Of a DNA stretch of 32,000 bases, positions 20,473-30,983 are shown in pieces. Location of the stretch: assembly GCF_900128735.1 (NCBI RefSeq), contig NZ_LT667503.1:180001-212000 (forward strand), written 5' to 3'. The stretch comes from Candidatus Saccharimonadota bacterium. GTDB lineage: Bacteria > Pseudomonadota > Gammaproteobacteria > Enterobacterales > Enterobacteriaceae. The notes beneath the pieces are model-generated. The model was given only the letters and a program-made list of their open reading frames with translations, did no database searches and was not told where the DNA came from. Numbering within the stretch: position 1 is the first letter of the stretch; each line of letters opens with the position of its first letter. Made by a program: the position numbers and the translations under genes.

Positions 20473-21338
20473 TTAGATATTTTTTTGAATATTAGATAAT
20501 TTGACCCATAGTTTTAAATGTGTTTTTTTATATAAAAAATTCTCTATTTTTTTTCTTGATATTATACTAAAACGTTTTATTTTTTTTCCTTTTTGACCAA
20601 TTATTATTTTTTTATATCGAATATTTGGAACTAAAATAATAGCATCAATGTTATATTCTTTTTTTAAATTTTTAATAATACTTGGTATATATATCTTTAT
20701 ATTATATGGTATTTCTTTATTTAAAAAATTCAGCAACGTTTCTCTAATTATTTCCGTGATTAAAAATTGTATATTATAGATTGATTTTTTTTCCTTAGGA
20801 TATTGATATATATTTTTTGGCATTTTTTCTTGTATTAATTTAATCACTTGATTTAGATTTTTATCTTTTGTAGCAGAAATTAAAATAATTTTTTTATTGA
20901 GTGTTTTTTGATATATTTTCTTAATATATGGCAATAATAAAGTTTTATTTTTTATTTTATCTATTTTATTAATGATGGTTATATAATATATATTTTTTTT
21001 TTCCATATAATTTAATAAATTTTGTTCTTTATTTGTCCAGATTAAAGATTCTAAAATAAATAAAACAACATTTGCTTTTTTTAAATATTGATATGTATTT
21101 CTGTTTTTTTTTTTTCTAAAAAACTATTTTTATTTTTTTTTAGTCCCGGAGAATCTATTAAAATAGATTGAATGGTATCAGTAGTGTGAATACCAATAAT
21201 ATGTTCTTTTGTAGTATTCGATTTATTAGAGGTTATAGAAATATTTTTTTTTACTATTTTATTTAAAATTGTTGATTTTCCTACATTAGTTCGTCCTACT
21301 AAGAGTACATGACCACAATATTTTTTTTCTTTATTCAT
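20473..21338 (-). pseudogene. era: GTPase Era, reading frame broken once inside an A12 tract (possibly rescued by slippage, or a homopolymer sequencing error)
   Basis: The N-terminal ORF (21338-21081) carries G1 GRTNVGKST and G3 DSPG. The second frame, open from 21122 downward, reads ..KKKNRNTYQYLKKANVVLFILESLIWT..IINKID.. (G4) and the KH motif IIGQKGKKIK, colinear with E. coli Era. The two frames meet in the A12 run (T12 on + at 21104-21115), and A13 or A10 gives one roughly 288-aa ORF. Confidence 0.9.
21104..21115 (-). repeat. A12 homopolymer (sense strand of era) at the frameshift point
   Basis: Counted directly: ctgTTTTTTTTTTTTc on the + strand. Confidence 0.9.
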
Positions 21339-21343
21339 ATATT

Positions 21344-22024
21344 TTATTCAATTTCCATTTTAATTAATGCATTCTGAGCAGCATTTTGTTCTGCTTTTCT
21401 TCTACTAGAACCAATGCCAATTAATATATCATGTATTCCATTGATTTTACAAGTAATTGTAAATACTTGATTATGAGCTTCTCCATATATTTTTCCTATA
21501 TTATATAATGGTAAAGGAAAGTGTTTTGCTTGTAAATATTCTTGTAATCTTGTCTTAGGATCTTTTTGTATACTAAAAGGGTTGATTTTCTTAAAACGAT
21601 ATTTATACCATTGTAAAACTATTTTTTCTACAGTATATATATTGCTATCTAAAAAAATACTAGCAATAATAGCTTCAATGGTATTAGCTAATATAGATTC
21701 TCGTTTAAAACCTCCGCTTTTTTGTTCTCCTTGACCTAATTGTAAATAGTTTCCTAAAGAAAACTCATATGCAATTTCTGCTAATGTATTTCCACGTACT
21801 AATGTAGCTCTCATACGGCTCATATCACCTTCATTTGCTTCTGGAAAATGATGATATAATGCTTTTGCAATGATAAAACTTAATATAGAATCGCCTAAGA
21901 ATTCTAATCTTTCATTATGTTTAATGCTAGCGCTCCTATGTGTTAATGCATGATGTAATAAGGATATATTTGTGAATTTATATCCTATAAATTTTTGTAA
22001 TTTATCTATTACTATCGAATTCAT
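21344..22024 (-). CDS. rnc: Ribonuclease III
   Basis: 226 aa, the same as E. coli. It has the signature [17 protein letters not shown] and a C-terminal dsRBD ..[16 protein letters not shown]. Confidence 0.97.
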   Translation of the reverse strand: MNSIVIDKLQKFIGYKFTNISLLHHALTHRSASIKHNERLEFLGDSILSFIIAKALYHHFPEANEGDMSRMRATLVRGNTLAEIAYEFSLGNYLQLGQGEQKSGGFKRESILANTIEAIIASIFLDSNIYTVEKIVLQWYKYRFKKINPFSIQKDPKTRLQEYLQAKHFPLPLYNIGKIYGEAHNQVFTITCKINGIHDILIGIGSSRRKAEQNAAQNALIKMEIE

Positions 22025-22121
22025 ATTATCCTAATGAAATAAAGGTAAAAATTAAAATTTAATTTAAACGATAGATTTAATCAATATTTTTAAAAATTTT
22101 TTAAATAATATTTATTAAAAT

Positions 22122-23035
22122 TTATTTAATTTTGTGAAATATTCTATCAAAACGTATTTTTTGAAACCATGTTTTTGTATATTGATTAATACTTAACCAA
22201 ATGTATTGAGCTTTTCCTATAATATTCTTTTCAGATACTAATCCTAAAAGTCGACTATCCATACTTTTATCTCTATTATCACCCATTACAAAATATTTTT
22301 TTTCAGGTATTATCCATCTTCTTTTTACACCACATAATTTTTTATAATATAAAAACGAATAATTCTTTACTCCATGTAATAATATTATATTATGTTTCTG
22401 ATTTTTTATTTTTTCTACATAACAATCAACAATTATTGAATGATATGTTCTATTATTGTTATTTTTTTGTAAATTCTTATCATTTTTTTTAAAAGACTTA
22501 GATGTAACAATTATTTTATTAGAATAATTATGATTTATAAAAGATTTGATTTGCGTATTTTTTTCTATTATATATAATTTTTTAGTAAATGGATTATATT
22601 CAATGATATCTCCAGGTAGACCGATAATACGTTTTATATAATTTATATTTTTGTTTATAGAATATGAAAAAACGATAACATCGTTTCTTTTTGGAAGATT
22701 ATTTTTGATCCAAACATGATTATTAATGGGGTTTTTGATTCCATATAAAAATTTATTAACTAATATAAAGTCACCAGTTAATAATGTCGGATTCATTGAA
22801 TTTGAAGGTATATGAAACGGTTCATAACAAAATAATCGCATTATAGTAATAAAAAAAAGAATAGGAAAAAATTTAGAAGCATTTTTTAAATATTTTTTTT
22901 TTTAAAAATATGAAGATCATCATTATTTCTTGATATATAATATGTGTAATATATTTGATATATATGATTAAAAATCCATAAAATACCAGTACTTATTGTT
23001 GATAAAATTAATAATTTTATAATGAATAAACGCAT
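22122..23035 (-). pseudogene. lepB: Signal peptidase I LepB, reading frame broken once inside an A11 tract (possibly rescued by slippage, or a homopolymer sequencing error)
   Basis: From ATG 23035 the first frame gives MRLFIIKLLILSTISTGILWIFNH.. (E. coli ..LVIATLVTGILWCVDKF, TM1) and stops at 22888-22886. The second frame reads YLKNASKFFPILFFITIMRLFCYEPFHIPSNSMNPTLL.. (catalytic Ser), KRIIGLPGD (catalytic Lys) and GDNRDKSMDSR. The frames meet at A11 (T11 on + at 22893-22903), and A12 or A9 gives a roughly 304-aa ORF. Confidence 0.9.
22893..22903 (-). repeat. A11 homopolymer (sense strand of lepB) at the frameshift point
   Basis: Counted directly: taTTTTTTTTTTTaaaaa on the + strand. Confidence 0.9.
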
Positions 23036-23055
23036 TTTTTTTACCTTTTTTTTGT

Positions 23056-24849
23056 TTATTTTTTATTTATTGCTAGAATAGAAGAAAAGATTTCTGGTGG
23101 AATACTTACCGATCCAAAATTTTTCATTTTTTTCTTACCTTTTTTTTGTTTCTGTAATAATTTCTTTTTACGACTAACATCACCTCCATAACATTTTGCA
23201 ATAACATTTTTTCTAAGTTGTTTGATAGTTTCACGGGCAATAACTTTATTTGATATTTTTGCTTGTATAGAAATATCAAACTGATGTCTGGGCATAAATT
23301 TTTTTATATTTTGAATAATACTTTTAGCTTGATCTTGTATTTTATTTTTATGAGTTATAGTTGATAAAGCGTCTAACTTTATTAAATTAATAAAAATATC
23401 TATTTTTAAGAGTTCACTTGTTTTAAATTTTTTAAATTTATATTCTAGAGACGCATATCCACTTGAAACAGATTTTAATTTATCAAAAAAATTTAAAACA
23501 AGTTCAGATAAAGGGATTTCATATGATATCACAGTTTGCGTCTCATGATATATTAAACTTTTTTGTTTTCCTCTGTTTTTTTTACATAATTGCATCACGT
23601 TACCAATATATTTGATTGGAGTAATAATAATACAGTCCGCAATTGGTTCACGAATTTTTTTAATTAAATTCAGAGAAGGGAGTTTAGTTGGATTATCAAT
23701 ATATATTTTTTTTTTATTATTTAAGATAATTTCGTATCCTACTGTAGGAGATGTAATAATTAAGTTAATACTATACTCACGTTCTAAACGTGATTGAATA
23801 ATTTCTAGATGTAATAGCCCTAAAAATCCACATCTAAATCCTAAACCTAATACTTTTGAATTGTCTGGTTCATAATATAGAGCTGTATCATTTAATTGTA
23901 ATTTCATTAAAGCGTCTTTAAAATATGGAAATTGATCAGGATGTTTTGGAAAAAAACCAGCATAAATTTTTGGTTTAATTTTTTTAAATTTTGGTAAAGC
24001 TTTTTGGGCTGGTTTATTATATGAGGTAATTGTTTCTCCGACTACTAAAGAAGAAATATTTTTAATACCACAAATAATCCAGCCTACTTCGCCACATGAT
24101 AACATCTTTTTTATTTTTCTTTTTGGAGTAAATATACCTAATTTTTCAACTTGATAAATGTTTTGAGAATTTACGATTTTAATTTTATCTTTAATTGCGA
24201 TGCAACCATTTTTAATACGGATTAAAGAAACTACACCTAAATACTTATCAAACCAAGAATCAATTATTAAAGCCTGTAAGGGATTTTCTTTACTCCCTTT
24301 GGGAGCGGGAATTTTTTCAATGATTTTTTCTAATAATTGTAAAATGCCAAATCCTGTTTTTGCTGAGCATTTAATTGCATCTTCCATAGATATTCCTATA
24401 ATATTTTGAATATCTTGAGTTACTTTAACTGGATTGGCATTTGGTAAATCAATTTTATTTAATACAGGTAGAATTTTTAAATTTAAATTTAGTGCGCTTC
24501 GACAATTAGCAATAGTTTGAGCTTCTACTCCTTGAGCTGCATCAACAACAAGTAAAACGCCTTCACATGCTGATAATGATCTAGATACTTCATAAGAGAA
24601 ATTTACATGACCCGGTGTATCGATAAAGTTTAAAAAATAATTTTTTTTATTTTTAGCTTGATATTTAATCATTACGCTTTGTGCTTTAATAGTAATTCCG
24701 CGTTCACGTTCTAAATCCATGGAATCAAGAACTTGCGAAGACATTTCTCTTGGTGATAAACCGCCACAAATTTGTATTAATCTATCAGATAACGTTGATT
24801 TACCATGATCTACATGGGCAATAATAGAAAAGTTTCTTATATTTTTCAT
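23056..24849 (-). CDS. lepA: Elongation factor 4 (LepA)
   Basis: 597 aa versus 599 aa. [31 protein letters not shown] and NKIDL GTPase motifs are present. It lies upstream of lepB as in E. coli. Confidence 0.97.
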   Translation of the reverse strand: MKNIRNFSIIAHVDHGKSTLSDRLIQICGGLSPREMSSQVLDSMDLERERGITIKAQSVMIKYQAKNKKNYFLNFIDTPGHVNFSYEVSRSLSACEGVLLVVDAAQGVEAQTIANCRSALNLNLKILPVLNKIDLPNANPVKVTQDIQNIIGISMEDAIKCSAKTGFGILQLLEKIIEKIPAPKGSKENPLQALIIDSWFDKYLGVVSLIRIKNGCIAIKDKIKIVNSQNIYQVEKLGIFTPKRKIKKMLSCGEVGWIICGIKNISSLVVGETITSYNKPAQKALPKFKKIKPKIYAGFFPKHPDQFPYFKDALMKLQLNDTALYYEPDNSKVLGLGFRCGFLGLLHLEIIQSRLEREYSINLIITSPTVGYEIILNNKKKIYIDNPTKLPSLNLIKKIREPIADCIIITPIKYIGNVMQLCKKNRGKQKSLIYHETQTVISYEIPLSELVLNFFDKLKSVSSGYASLEYKFKKFKTSELLKIDIFINLIKLDALSTITHKNKIQDQAKSIIQNIKKFMPRHQFDISIQAKISNKVIARETIKQLRKNVIAKCYGGDVSRKKKLLQKQKKGKKKMKNFGSVSIPPEIFSSILAINKK

Positions 24850-25196
24850 AGATTTTGTTTCTCGTTATTGTAGATTGTTTTTAAAAAGAGTTATCTTTAT
24901 TTTTTATTTTTAATTTTTTATATTTTTTAGTTAATAATATCATATTTCTTTATATATTTTTATACCGATAAAAATTTTTGTGTTAAAATTAAAAAATAAT
25001 TTTTATATTGGAAAATATTTTTTCAATAAATATTGAATATTTTGATTATTAATTAGATTTATTTTACTAAAAAATAAATTTTTTTTTATTTATTTTTTAA
25101 AGATCGTATTATATTGATATTCCTGATTATATATCATTAAAAATTTATATTTTTTTTTCCATTTGTTATATTTTTAAAAAAAAAATCAAGGTATAG

Positions 25197-26327
25197 ATGA
25201 TTTTTAAGCATGAGCAATTTATGAAAAAAAATAAAAAAGTTATTTTAGCTATGTCGGGAGGAGTGGATTCATCTGTTTCTGCGTGGTTTTTATTGAAAAA
25301 AAAATATCATGTAGAAGGTTTATTTATGAAGAATTGGGAAGAAGATGATACTAAAGAATATTGTGCTGCACGAAAAGATTTAGAAGATGCGCGTCATGTT
25401 TGCAAAACACTTGGTATTTATTTACATGTAATAAATTTTTCTACAGAATATTGGGAAAAGGTATTTATAAAATTTGTTAAGGAATATAAAAAAGGAAATA
25501 CACCTAATCCAGATATATTATGTAATCAAGAAATAAAATTTAAAGTTTTTTTTAAATTTGCCATTGAAATATTAAAAGCGGATTATATAGCTACTGGACA
25601 TTATGCAATTATAAAAAAAATAAACTTAAACTATTATCTTTTTCGAGCTATGGATGTAAATAAAGATCAAAGTTATTTTTTATATACTTTAAAACAAGAT
25701 GTTATGTCAAAAATTTTATTTCCATTAGCTAAAAAAAAAAAAGTAGAAATTAGAAAAATTGCTAAAAAAATAAATTTATGTGTTTTTAAAAAAAAAGATT
25801 CTACAGGAATTTGTTTTATTCCTCCTCAAAAATTTTCTATTTTTTTAAGTCGTTATATACCTATATCAATAGGAAAGATTTTAACTATGTCTTCTGAGCA
25901 TATAGGATTTCATATTGGATTTTCTTATTATACAATAGGTCAAAGAAAAGGATTAAAAATTGGTGGACAAAAAAATAAGGGAGTTTTTCCGTGGTATGTT
26001 GTAAAAAAAGATATTTTTAAAAATATTATTTTCGTAGTTCAGGGCAAAGGTAATCCTTATCTTTTATCTTTTGGTATTTTAGTTAAAAAAATAAATTGGA
26101 TTGATAAGATTAATCTTTTAAACAACATATATTGTACAGTACAAATTAGATATCGTCAGATTGCAGTTCCTTGTATAGTGATATTTTTAAAGAATCGATT
26201 ATTAACTAAAATTTTATTTTATAAACCATTATTATCAGTCACTATAGGTCAGTCAGCTGTTTTTTATCAAAATAAAAAATGTATCGGTGGAGGTGTAATT
26301 AAATCAATTTTTCCTTATTTACCATAA
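25197..26327 (+). CDS. mnmA: tRNA 2-thiouridine(34) synthase MnmA (TrmU)
   Basis: PP-loop [18 protein letters not shown] and [13 protein letters not shown] match E. coli MnmA. The start may be ATG 25221 ([14 protein letters not shown]). It contains an in-frame A12 tract (25731-25742). Confidence 0.95.
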   Translation: MIFKHEQFMKKNKKVILAMSGGVDSSVSAWFLLKKKYHVEGLFMKNWEEDDTKEYCAARKDLEDARHVCKTLGIYLHVINFSTEYWEKVFIKFVKEYKKGNTPNPDILCNQEIKFKVFFKFAIEILKADYIATGHYAIIKKINLNYYLFRAMDVNKDQSYFLYTLKQDVMSKILFPLAKKKKVEIRKIAKKINLCVFKKKDSTGICFIPPQKFSIFLSRYIPISIGKILTMSSEHIGFHIGFSYYTIGQRKGLKIGGQKNKGVFPWYVVKKDIFKNIIFVVQGKGNPYLLSFGILVKKINWIDKINLLNNIYCTVQIRYRQIAVPCIVIFLKNRLLTKILFYKPLLSVTIGQSAVFYQNKKCIGGGVIKSIFPYLP

Positions 26328-26456
26328 ATTGCTTTGTATTAAAATGAAAAGATATAATTTGCACTAGAAAAAATAGTCTTTTTATACAGAGAACTTTTAA
26401 TTTTTTAGATACTTTTATAACATTAGTATCTTGATATAATAGGTATAAAATTAATT

Positions 26457-27235
26457 ATGCATTTTTTAAAAAAAAAAAAATATTAATAGTTGGTATTACT
26501 AACATTTTTTCAATATCCTGGGGTATTGCTAAAGTTATGTATAAATTTGGAGCGGAATTAGCATTTGTTTATAAAAGGAAAAAATTAAAAAATCGTATTC
26601 AAAATTTTGCAAAAACATTAAATTCTAATATTGTTTTACAGTGTAATATAAATTCTGATACTGAGATAAAAATTTTGTCGCGTAAATTATATCAACATTG
26701 GAAAAAATTTGATGGCATTATACATGCTGTTGCGTATGTACCTTTATCACAATTACAAGAAAATTATCTTCAAATAGCTAATCGTCAGGATTTTTTAGCA
26801 ACTCATGAGTCTTGTTCCTTTAGTTTAGTAGCTTTAGTAAAAGAATTGTATCCATTATTAAATGAAAATTCATCTATTGTAACTTTATCATATTTAGGAT
26901 CTATAAAATATATTCCATTTTATCATGTTATAGGTCCTGCAAAGGCATCTTTAGAAGCCAATGTGCGTTATTTAGCATATTGTGTGGGGAAAAAGAATAT
27001 TCGGATTAACGCAGTATCATCTGGACCAATAAAAACTTCTTCTTCCTATAAGATTCCATTTTTTAAAAAAATTTTTTCATTATATAAGAGTTATTCACCG
27101 TTAAAAAAAAACACGACCAGTAAAGAAATAGGTAATGTAACTTCTTTTTTATGTTCTGATTTAGCTAGCGGTATTACTGGACAAATTATATATGTTGATT
27201 CTGGTTTTAGTATTTCTAATATGTTCCCATCGTAA
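26457..27235 (+). pseudogene. fabI: Enoyl-ACP reductase FabI, 5' end out of frame at an A13 tract (possibly rescued by slippage, or a homopolymer sequencing error)
   Basis: ATG 26457 reads MHFLKKKKY-stop. The main frame reads (K)n-ILIVGITNIFSISWGIAKVMYKFGAELAFVY.., then YHVIGPAKASLEANVRY (Tyr/Lys catalytic pair). With A14 the N-terminus becomes MHFLKKKKILIVGITN.., exactly colinear with E. coli MGFLSGKRILVTGVAS. The main frame has no ATG upstream of Met 26537, and starting there would delete the dinucleotide-binding loop. Confidence 0.88.
26468..26480 (+). repeat. A13 homopolymer at the fabI frameshift point
   Basis: Counted directly: ttttttAAAAAAAAAAAAAtatt. Confidence 0.9.
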
Positions 27236-27387
27236 ATTTTTCTTATTTTTATTAAAAAACATTTAACGGATATTTAAAAATTTTTTTTTAAAATATTAAT
27301 TTAATATACAGTCTTTATATATATTTTAAATGTAAATCTTTAATTTTATATTTTTTTATGTATAAAAAAGGATTAAATAACATTATT

Positions 27388-29334
27388 ATGCTTCAAAATA
27401 ACCCTGTACTTATGAAGTTAAAAAAAAAATTCAATAAAAAAAATATAAAAGCAGAAGGTATTGTAAGAAGTACATCTAAAAGTTATGGTTTTTTAGAAAT
27501 AGATTCTAAAAAAAAATATTTAATTGCTTCTAAAAATATGAAAAAAGTTATGAATGGCGATAAAATTATTGGTAGTATAATTGTAAAAAATAACCGAAAA
27601 ATGATATATCCAGAAAAATTGATAGAACCATTTTTAAAAAAATTTATCGGAAATGTTTATAAAATCAATGATTTAATTTTTCTTCAACCAATTTATCCTT
27701 ATTTAAAGGGAGTGTCATTACATTGTTTATGTGCTGTTAATACTTCTATTTTAAAAGATGGTGACTGGGTTCTTGGAAAATTAACTAGCCATTGTTTAAA
27801 TCAAAAAAATGTTTTTGAAGCAAAAATTATCGATTTTATTGCTCAGAAAGAAAATCCATTAGCTCCATGGTATGTTGTATTAACTAGATATAATTTAGAA
27901 AAATCTTCACCAGAGATAAAAAAAAATAATTTAATATATCGCAATAATAGTCTAAAAATTCGTAAAAATTTAACTCATTTAGATTTTATAACTATAGATA
28001 ATAGTAATACAAAAGATATAGATGACGCAGTTTTTGTAGAAAAAATTTCAAATGAGAATTATTCTTTAACTATTGCTATAGCTGATCCCACTGAATATAT
28101 ATCTAATAATACTGATCTTGATAATATTGCAAAAAAAAGAAGTTTTACAAATTATTTACCAGGATTCAACATACCTATGTTGCCAAAAATTTTATCAGAA
28201 GATTTATGTTCTTTAAAGCAAAATGAAATTCGTCCTGTTTTAGCATGTCGTGTTATTATAGATGCGAAAGGAAATATATTATATAAAGATTTAGAATTTT
28301 TCTTAGCATATATTCAATCTAAGAGTCAGTTATCATATGATAATGTATCAAATTGGTTAGAAAAATTAGGAATTTGGAAACCTAAAAATAAAAAAATTAA
28401 GAAACAAATAAAATTATTAAAAATAATATATGATATTAGATATAAATGGAGAAAAAAGAATGCATTAATTTTTCCTAACTATCCAGAATATCGTTTTAAT
28501 TTATCTGAAAAGAAAGAAGTTTTAGGTATTTTCATTGAAAATCGTAGAGTAGCGCATAAAATTATAGAAGAGTGTATGATTACAGCTAATATATGTGCAG
28601 CTTTTTTTTTAAAAAATACTTTAGGTTTTGGTTTATATAATACTCATATAGGTTTTGATGTTGTAAATGCTAACTCTGCTTCTAATTTTTTAAAAAAATA
28701 TAACATTTTTGTTCAGTCTCATGAAATTATGACGTTAAAAGGATTTTGCAAATTACATAAATATTTAAAAAATTTGTCAAATAATTATATTTATAATCGA
28801 ATTTGTAAACTACAAGCTTTTGGTGAACTTAGTTTAATACCACAAGCGCATTTTGCCTTAGGTTTAGATTATTATGCGACTTGGACATCTCCTATTCGAA
28901 AATATAGTGATATTATCAATCATCGTTTAATAAAATCTGTAATTATGGGTTTAAAAAATATTAGAAAACCAGAGCAGGATGTTGTTACTCATATTTTAAA
29001 TCGTAGACGACTTTATCGCATTGCAGTTAAAGAATTAGAGAAATGGTTATATGTCCAATTTTTTTTCAAATATTATAAAAATAATCAGTACTTAAAAGCT
29101 ACCATCACTGATATTTTTAAAAATGGAATACAGGTACGTTTAATTAATAATGGTGCCTTTGTTTTTATACCAGCATCTTTTATACATCAATTAAAAACAG
29201 AGATAACTTTTAATACTGAATTAGGTGTGGTATACATACATAATAAGATTTACTATTATGTTACAGATATTATTAAGGTTCGTTTATTAAGTATTAAAAA
29301 AGAAAATAATACAATTATTGCGAGTATAATTTAA
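27388..29334 (+). CDS. rnb: Exoribonuclease II (RNase II)
   Basis: From Met 27388, MLQNNPVLMKLKKKF..KAEGIVRSTSKSYGFLEID matches E. coli MFQDNPLLAQLKQQL..RAEGVVKATEKGFGFLEVD. The RNB motif TKDIDDAVFV and a C-terminal S1-like domain are present. The ORF-track start at 27358 adds 10 unsupported codons. Confidence 0.94.
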   Translation: MLQNNPVLMKLKKKFNKKNIKAEGIVRSTSKSYGFLEIDSKKKYLIASKNMKKVMNGDKIIGSIIVKNNRKMIYPEKLIEPFLKKFIGNVYKINDLIFLQPIYPYLKGVSLHCLCAVNTSILKDGDWVLGKLTSHCLNQKNVFEAKIIDFIAQKENPLAPWYVVLTRYNLEKSSPEIKKNNLIYRNNSLKIRKNLTHLDFITIDNSNTKDIDDAVFVEKISNENYSLTIAIADPTEYISNNTDLDNIAKKRSFTNYLPGFNIPMLPKILSEDLCSLKQNEIRPVLACRVIIDAKGNILYKDLEFFLAYIQSKSQLSYDNVSNWLEKLGIWKPKNKKIKKQIKLLKIIYDIRYKWRKKNALIFPNYPEYRFNLSEKKEVLGIFIENRRVAHKIIEECMITANICAAFFLKNTLGFGLYNTHIGFDVVNANSASNFLKKYNIFVQSHEIMTLKGFCKLHKYLKNLSNNYIYNRICKLQAFGELSLIPQAHFALGLDYYATWTSPIRKYSDIINHRLIKSVIMGLKNIRKPEQDVVTHILNRRRLYRIAVKELEKWLYVQFFFKYYKNNQYLKATITDIFKNGIQVRLINNGAFVFIPASFIHQLKTEITFNTELGVVYIHNKIYYYVTDIIKVRLLSIKKENNTIIASII

Positions 29335-29441
29335 TCTTGTTTTCAAGGTAAATATAATTTAAACTTAATGTATATAGTATATGACTATTTAAAACTTTTT
29401 TTTATAATTTTATCAAAAAACATATCATTTAGGAATTTCCA

Positions 29442-30110
29442 ATGAATTTTTTTAATACAGAATTATATGTATATATCAAATTTTTTATTAGTCTTTTTAC
29501 AATTATTAATCCAATTGGAATGATTCCGGTTTTTATCAGTTTAACGAATAATCAAACCAATAATGAAAGAAATAAAACCAATATGAAAGCAAATTTTACA
29601 GCTTTAATTATTTTATTATTTTCTTTATTTTATGGTTGTTATGTTTTAGACGTTTTTAATATATCAATTGAATCCTTCCGTATAGCTGGAGGTTTATTAA
29701 TTTTTACGATCGCTTACTCTATGATAAACGGAACATTATTAAAAAATATATCATGTTTTACATCTAAAAATAATATTTCTAATATAAATAAACAGAAAAA
29801 ATTATCTGCACAAGATATTTCTATTATGCCGTTAGCTATGCCATTAATAGCAGGGCCAGGTGCTATTAGTTCTGTGATTTTGTGGAGAATGCAGTATTCT
29901 AATTATTATCACTTAATTGGTTTTTCTTTTGTTATTGTCTTTTTTTCTTTTTTTTGTTGGGTAGTTTTTAAAATATCTCCATATATTACTACTATTATAG
30001 ATGAAATTTATATTACAGTCATTAATCGTATAATGGGTTTATTGTTATTAGCTCTTGCAGTAGAATGTATTTTTAACGGTATGAAATCAATTTTTTTTAG
30101 TTATATTTAA
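29442..30110 (+). CDS. ychE: UPF0056/MarC-family inner membrane protein YchE
   Basis: 222 aa. FISLFTIINPIGMIPVFISLT, FRIAGGLLIF, PLAMPLIAGPGAISS and INRIMGLLLLALAVE match E. coli YchE block for block. Confidence 0.88.
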   Translation: MNFFNTELYVYIKFFISLFTIINPIGMIPVFISLTNNQTNNERNKTNMKANFTALIILLFSLFYGCYVLDVFNISIESFRIAGGLLIFTIAYSMINGTLLKNISCFTSKNNISNINKQKKLSAQDISIMPLAMPLIAGPGAISSVILWRMQYSNYYHLIGFSFVIVFFSFFCWVVFKISPYITTIIDEIYITVINRIMGLLLLALAVECIFNGMKSIFFSYI

Positions 30111-30186
30111 TTTTTATACCTGACATTACTTAATTTTATTTTAAAAATTTTTATATTTAATCAATATTTATATTTAAAATTATAAT

Positions 30187-30828
30187 ATGCATATTATTAT
30201 TCGAGATCTAGGTTTGTGTAGTTGGTTAGAAGTATCAGAAAATATGAATCATTTTACAAAGCATCGTAAGGATGGGACGTTTGATGAATTATGGTTAGTT
30301 GAACATTATCCTGTATACACTCATGGTTTATCAGAAAAAAAAATAAAATTGAAGTATATTCAAGAGATACCGGTTTTTTTTTCAAATCGAGGAGGAAAAA
30401 TTACGTATCATGGTCCAGGGCAATTAGTAATATATATATTATTAAATCTAAAGCGTAATCATATTAAATTTAGAAATTTTATTCATATTATAGAAAAAAT
30501 CATAATTCAAGTACTTCTTTTTTTTTCTATTACGGCACATATTAAAAAAGATCAACCAGGAGTATATATTAATAATCAAAAAATATGTTCTCTTGGTTTT
30601 CGTATTATAAAGGGGTGTTCTTTGCATGGCGCTTCTTTAAATATTAATATGGACTTAACTCCATTTAAATATATCAATCCGTGCGGAAGAAAAGATATTA
30701 TAATGACACAAGTATGTCATCATAATAAACATGTTACAATAAATATTGTAAAAGAAGTTTTAATAAAAATTTTTTGTAAAAATTTTAAAATTAAAAAATA
30801 TTGTAAAAAGAAAATGGAGCATGATTAA
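30187..30828 (+). CDS. lipB: Octanoyltransferase LipB
   Basis: 213 aa, the same as E. coli. LWLVEHYPVYTHG, GGKITYHGPGQLVIY, KICSLGFRI (catalytic Cys) and INPCG are present. Confidence 0.95.
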   Translation: MHIIIRDLGLCSWLEVSENMNHFTKHRKDGTFDELWLVEHYPVYTHGLSEKKIKLKYIQEIPVFFSNRGGKITYHGPGQLVIYILLNLKRNHIKFRNFIHIIEKIIIQVLLFFSITAHIKKDQPGVYINNQKICSLGFRIIKGCSLHGASLNINMDLTPFKYINPCGRKDIIMTQVCHHNKHVTINIVKEVLIKIFCKNFKIKKYCKKKMEHD

Positions 30829-30905
30829 ATTATTTTTCTTTTTAATATTAATATAATATCAAAATAAAATAATATAGTTGATAAAAATATGAAAAATCAT
30901 AAAAT

Positions 30906-30921
30906 AAAAAAAAAAAAAAAA
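30906..30921 (+). repeat. A16 homopolymer between an upstream ATG (30889) and the lipA reading frame
   Basis: Counted directly: aaaatAAAAAAAAAAAAAAAAt. Confidence 0.9.
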
Positions 30922-30983
30922 TAAATATACCAGTACACGATATTACATATACTCAAAATAAAATAAAAAGAAAGATAGAGTAT

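Noticed and set aside
20473-21338. Treating the two era ORFs (20473-21006 and 21081-21338) as two separate genes
   Set aside because: Together they are colinear with a single Era protein. The C-terminal frame is open and homologous well upstream of its first Met, right up to the A12 tract.
25067-25110. A/T-only inverted repeat AAAAAATAAAT-T8-ATTTATTTTTT in the lepA/mnmA spacer
   Set aside because: It is low-complexity homopolymer-derived symmetry with no G/C content, and is expected by chance.
27358-27387. Ten extra N-terminal codons of the rnb ORF (MYKKGLNNII)
   Set aside because: E. coli RNase II homology begins exactly at the next Met (MLQNNP vs MFQDNP).
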